From contig BCIN01000006.1 in the NCBI GenBank assembly GCA_039545335.1, forward strand, positions 558,001 through 622,000: DNA of 64,000 bases. The letters run 5' to 3'. The notes below the pieces were generated by a model. That model had not been told where the DNA came from. It did not search any database and was given only the letters and a program-made list of their open reading frames with translations. Below, one piece after another: positions 62,771 to 64,000 of the stretch. Source of the stretch: Kondoa subrosea (taxonomy: Eukaryota). The position numbers were made by a program, and so were the translations under genes. How positions within the stretch are numbered: the stretch's first letter is position 1; each line of letters opens with the position of its first letter.

Positions 62771-64000
62771 TCATGCTGGTTGTTTCTTCTCCCCGTTTGA
62801 CGAGCCGTTGCGCTTCTCCTTACTGGCTCTGCGCTCTTCCCTTTCTTTAGCAATCTTACTTGCGAATTTTGACTTCTTTCTGATCTTTTCACCGTTACGA
62901 TAGAAGTAATACAAGGGCGGGCCTGCGCAAGCGGTCAAATCAAATCACAGCATTTGGTTAGCTCTTGACGTACATAGGAACAATGCAATGATTGCGAGAA
63001 TTAGAGATGGCCAGACTTGAGTTGCCTCGCCAGAGCCAATGTTGGTGTACACTATATGAATTTGAGACATAGTACTCTCCTGAACACTAAAAACATACTT
63101 GGTACGCTGTACAGAGCTGCCACGCCAGATAGGAAATCGCTGCAGCATCATATGAGCTTCGTGCATCGCAAGAACACGAGCCTTACTGACCGGAGGAAAT
63201 CATTGGGACCAGTAGCGGAAGCAGCATATGGACCATAGGCAGCCACTGAGAGATATCATTAAGAAAGTCTGACATTGAGAAATTCATCTCACCAGTGTAA
63301 TCAATCGAACTTTGGTAAATGGCATAATTTGCTATGCCAACAAGCAAAGTGCCAATCATAGGAGCAATCCAAGGTATTCCATACGAAGGACCTAAGCTTG
63401 TTCCAGCAAAGATAGCAAGGCCCATAAATTCTAACGGGATCAGATATCGGAGCCACCATAGACGGGCTGTCATTGATCTCACACGCTATCATCTAGGAAA
63501 TAAAGGCGACTCACATTCGGGAGTGACCGCATCTTCACCTTCGACCCGACGCTTCTTTCTAAAGTAATGGATAGAAGGTAGAAAGCTGAAATATGCTATC
63601 ACATAACCGATGATCAATGGCAAGAAAGCAAGACTGTAATTGTTGCGATAAGTATGACAAGAAGACGCCGCTAATGAACGTACTCACCTGGTTGCAATTG
63701 TTCCGAAACCCCTAGCAGATTAACATTAGTACATGTATCGCACATTGTCAGTAGCGAATCACCATTTCTTGTATACAGGAGTGAAACCTTGCAGAAAGGT
63801 GAAGATAAGGCTGCGATAAAGTTTTTGAATCAGCGATATTAAAAACGTTGACATGCTTACGAGTCTGAAAAGCCGGATACTGCACTAAGCCAGGCGATAA
63901 TGGGTTCCGTGAACAACATGTAGAAGGGTCGAGTCCAAGTAGTAATCACGTCTCGCATAGTCAATTTGTTTTTGCTCAATTCCTTTGGTCCGTAGACATT
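62771..64000 (-). CDS. MFS DHA1 transporter, 3' part (5' end outside window)
   Basis: TRPFYMLFTEPIIAWL, PEARLWWL, IPWIAPMI, AAYGPYAASATGPNDF, PYYFYRNGEKIRKKSKFA. Confidence 0.9.

Noticed and set aside
1..64000. CRISPR arrays, rRNA, prokaryotic operons, retroelements, and most short antisense ORFs in the supplied track
   Set aside because: The DNA is intron-rich and eukaryotic, with no repeat-spacer arrays, rRNA or RT/integrase motifs. The short ORFs are shadows of real exons.

Overview
Gene-dense, intron-rich fungal nuclear DNA. It is basidiomycete, probably Pucciniomycotina (inferred from short ~45-60 nt GT/GC-AG introns and basidiomycete-type gene families). About 27 protein genes can be reconstructed across introns: an arrestin-like protein, PRO1, an alpha/beta hydrolase, SPT3, a TenA-like protein, an SLC35F-like transporter, NADP-ADH, three MFS transporters, an F-box-like protein, GPI1, a FUSC-like transporter, a CHORD protein, two PriA/Cpl1-like secreted proteins, an EH-domain protein, CysRS, MED20, a SUR7/PalI-like protein, TRS23, a copper radical oxidase, a tandem GNAT and several orphans. 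The stand-out region is a ~7.7-kb inverted-repeat island (16149-23889). Each arm carries a nicotianamine synthase gene and a tRNA-Lys(CUU) gene. That tRNA gene has an ordinary 11-nt anticodon-loop intron and also a 56-nt GTAAGT...CAG mRNA-type intron between tRNA positions 13 and 14, inside the D arm/A box, which suggests tRNA maturation by the spliceosome. A second rearrangement is an old tandem duplication (~41455-49440) with reciprocal gene loss. Exon boundaries were inferred by eye and some termini are approximate.
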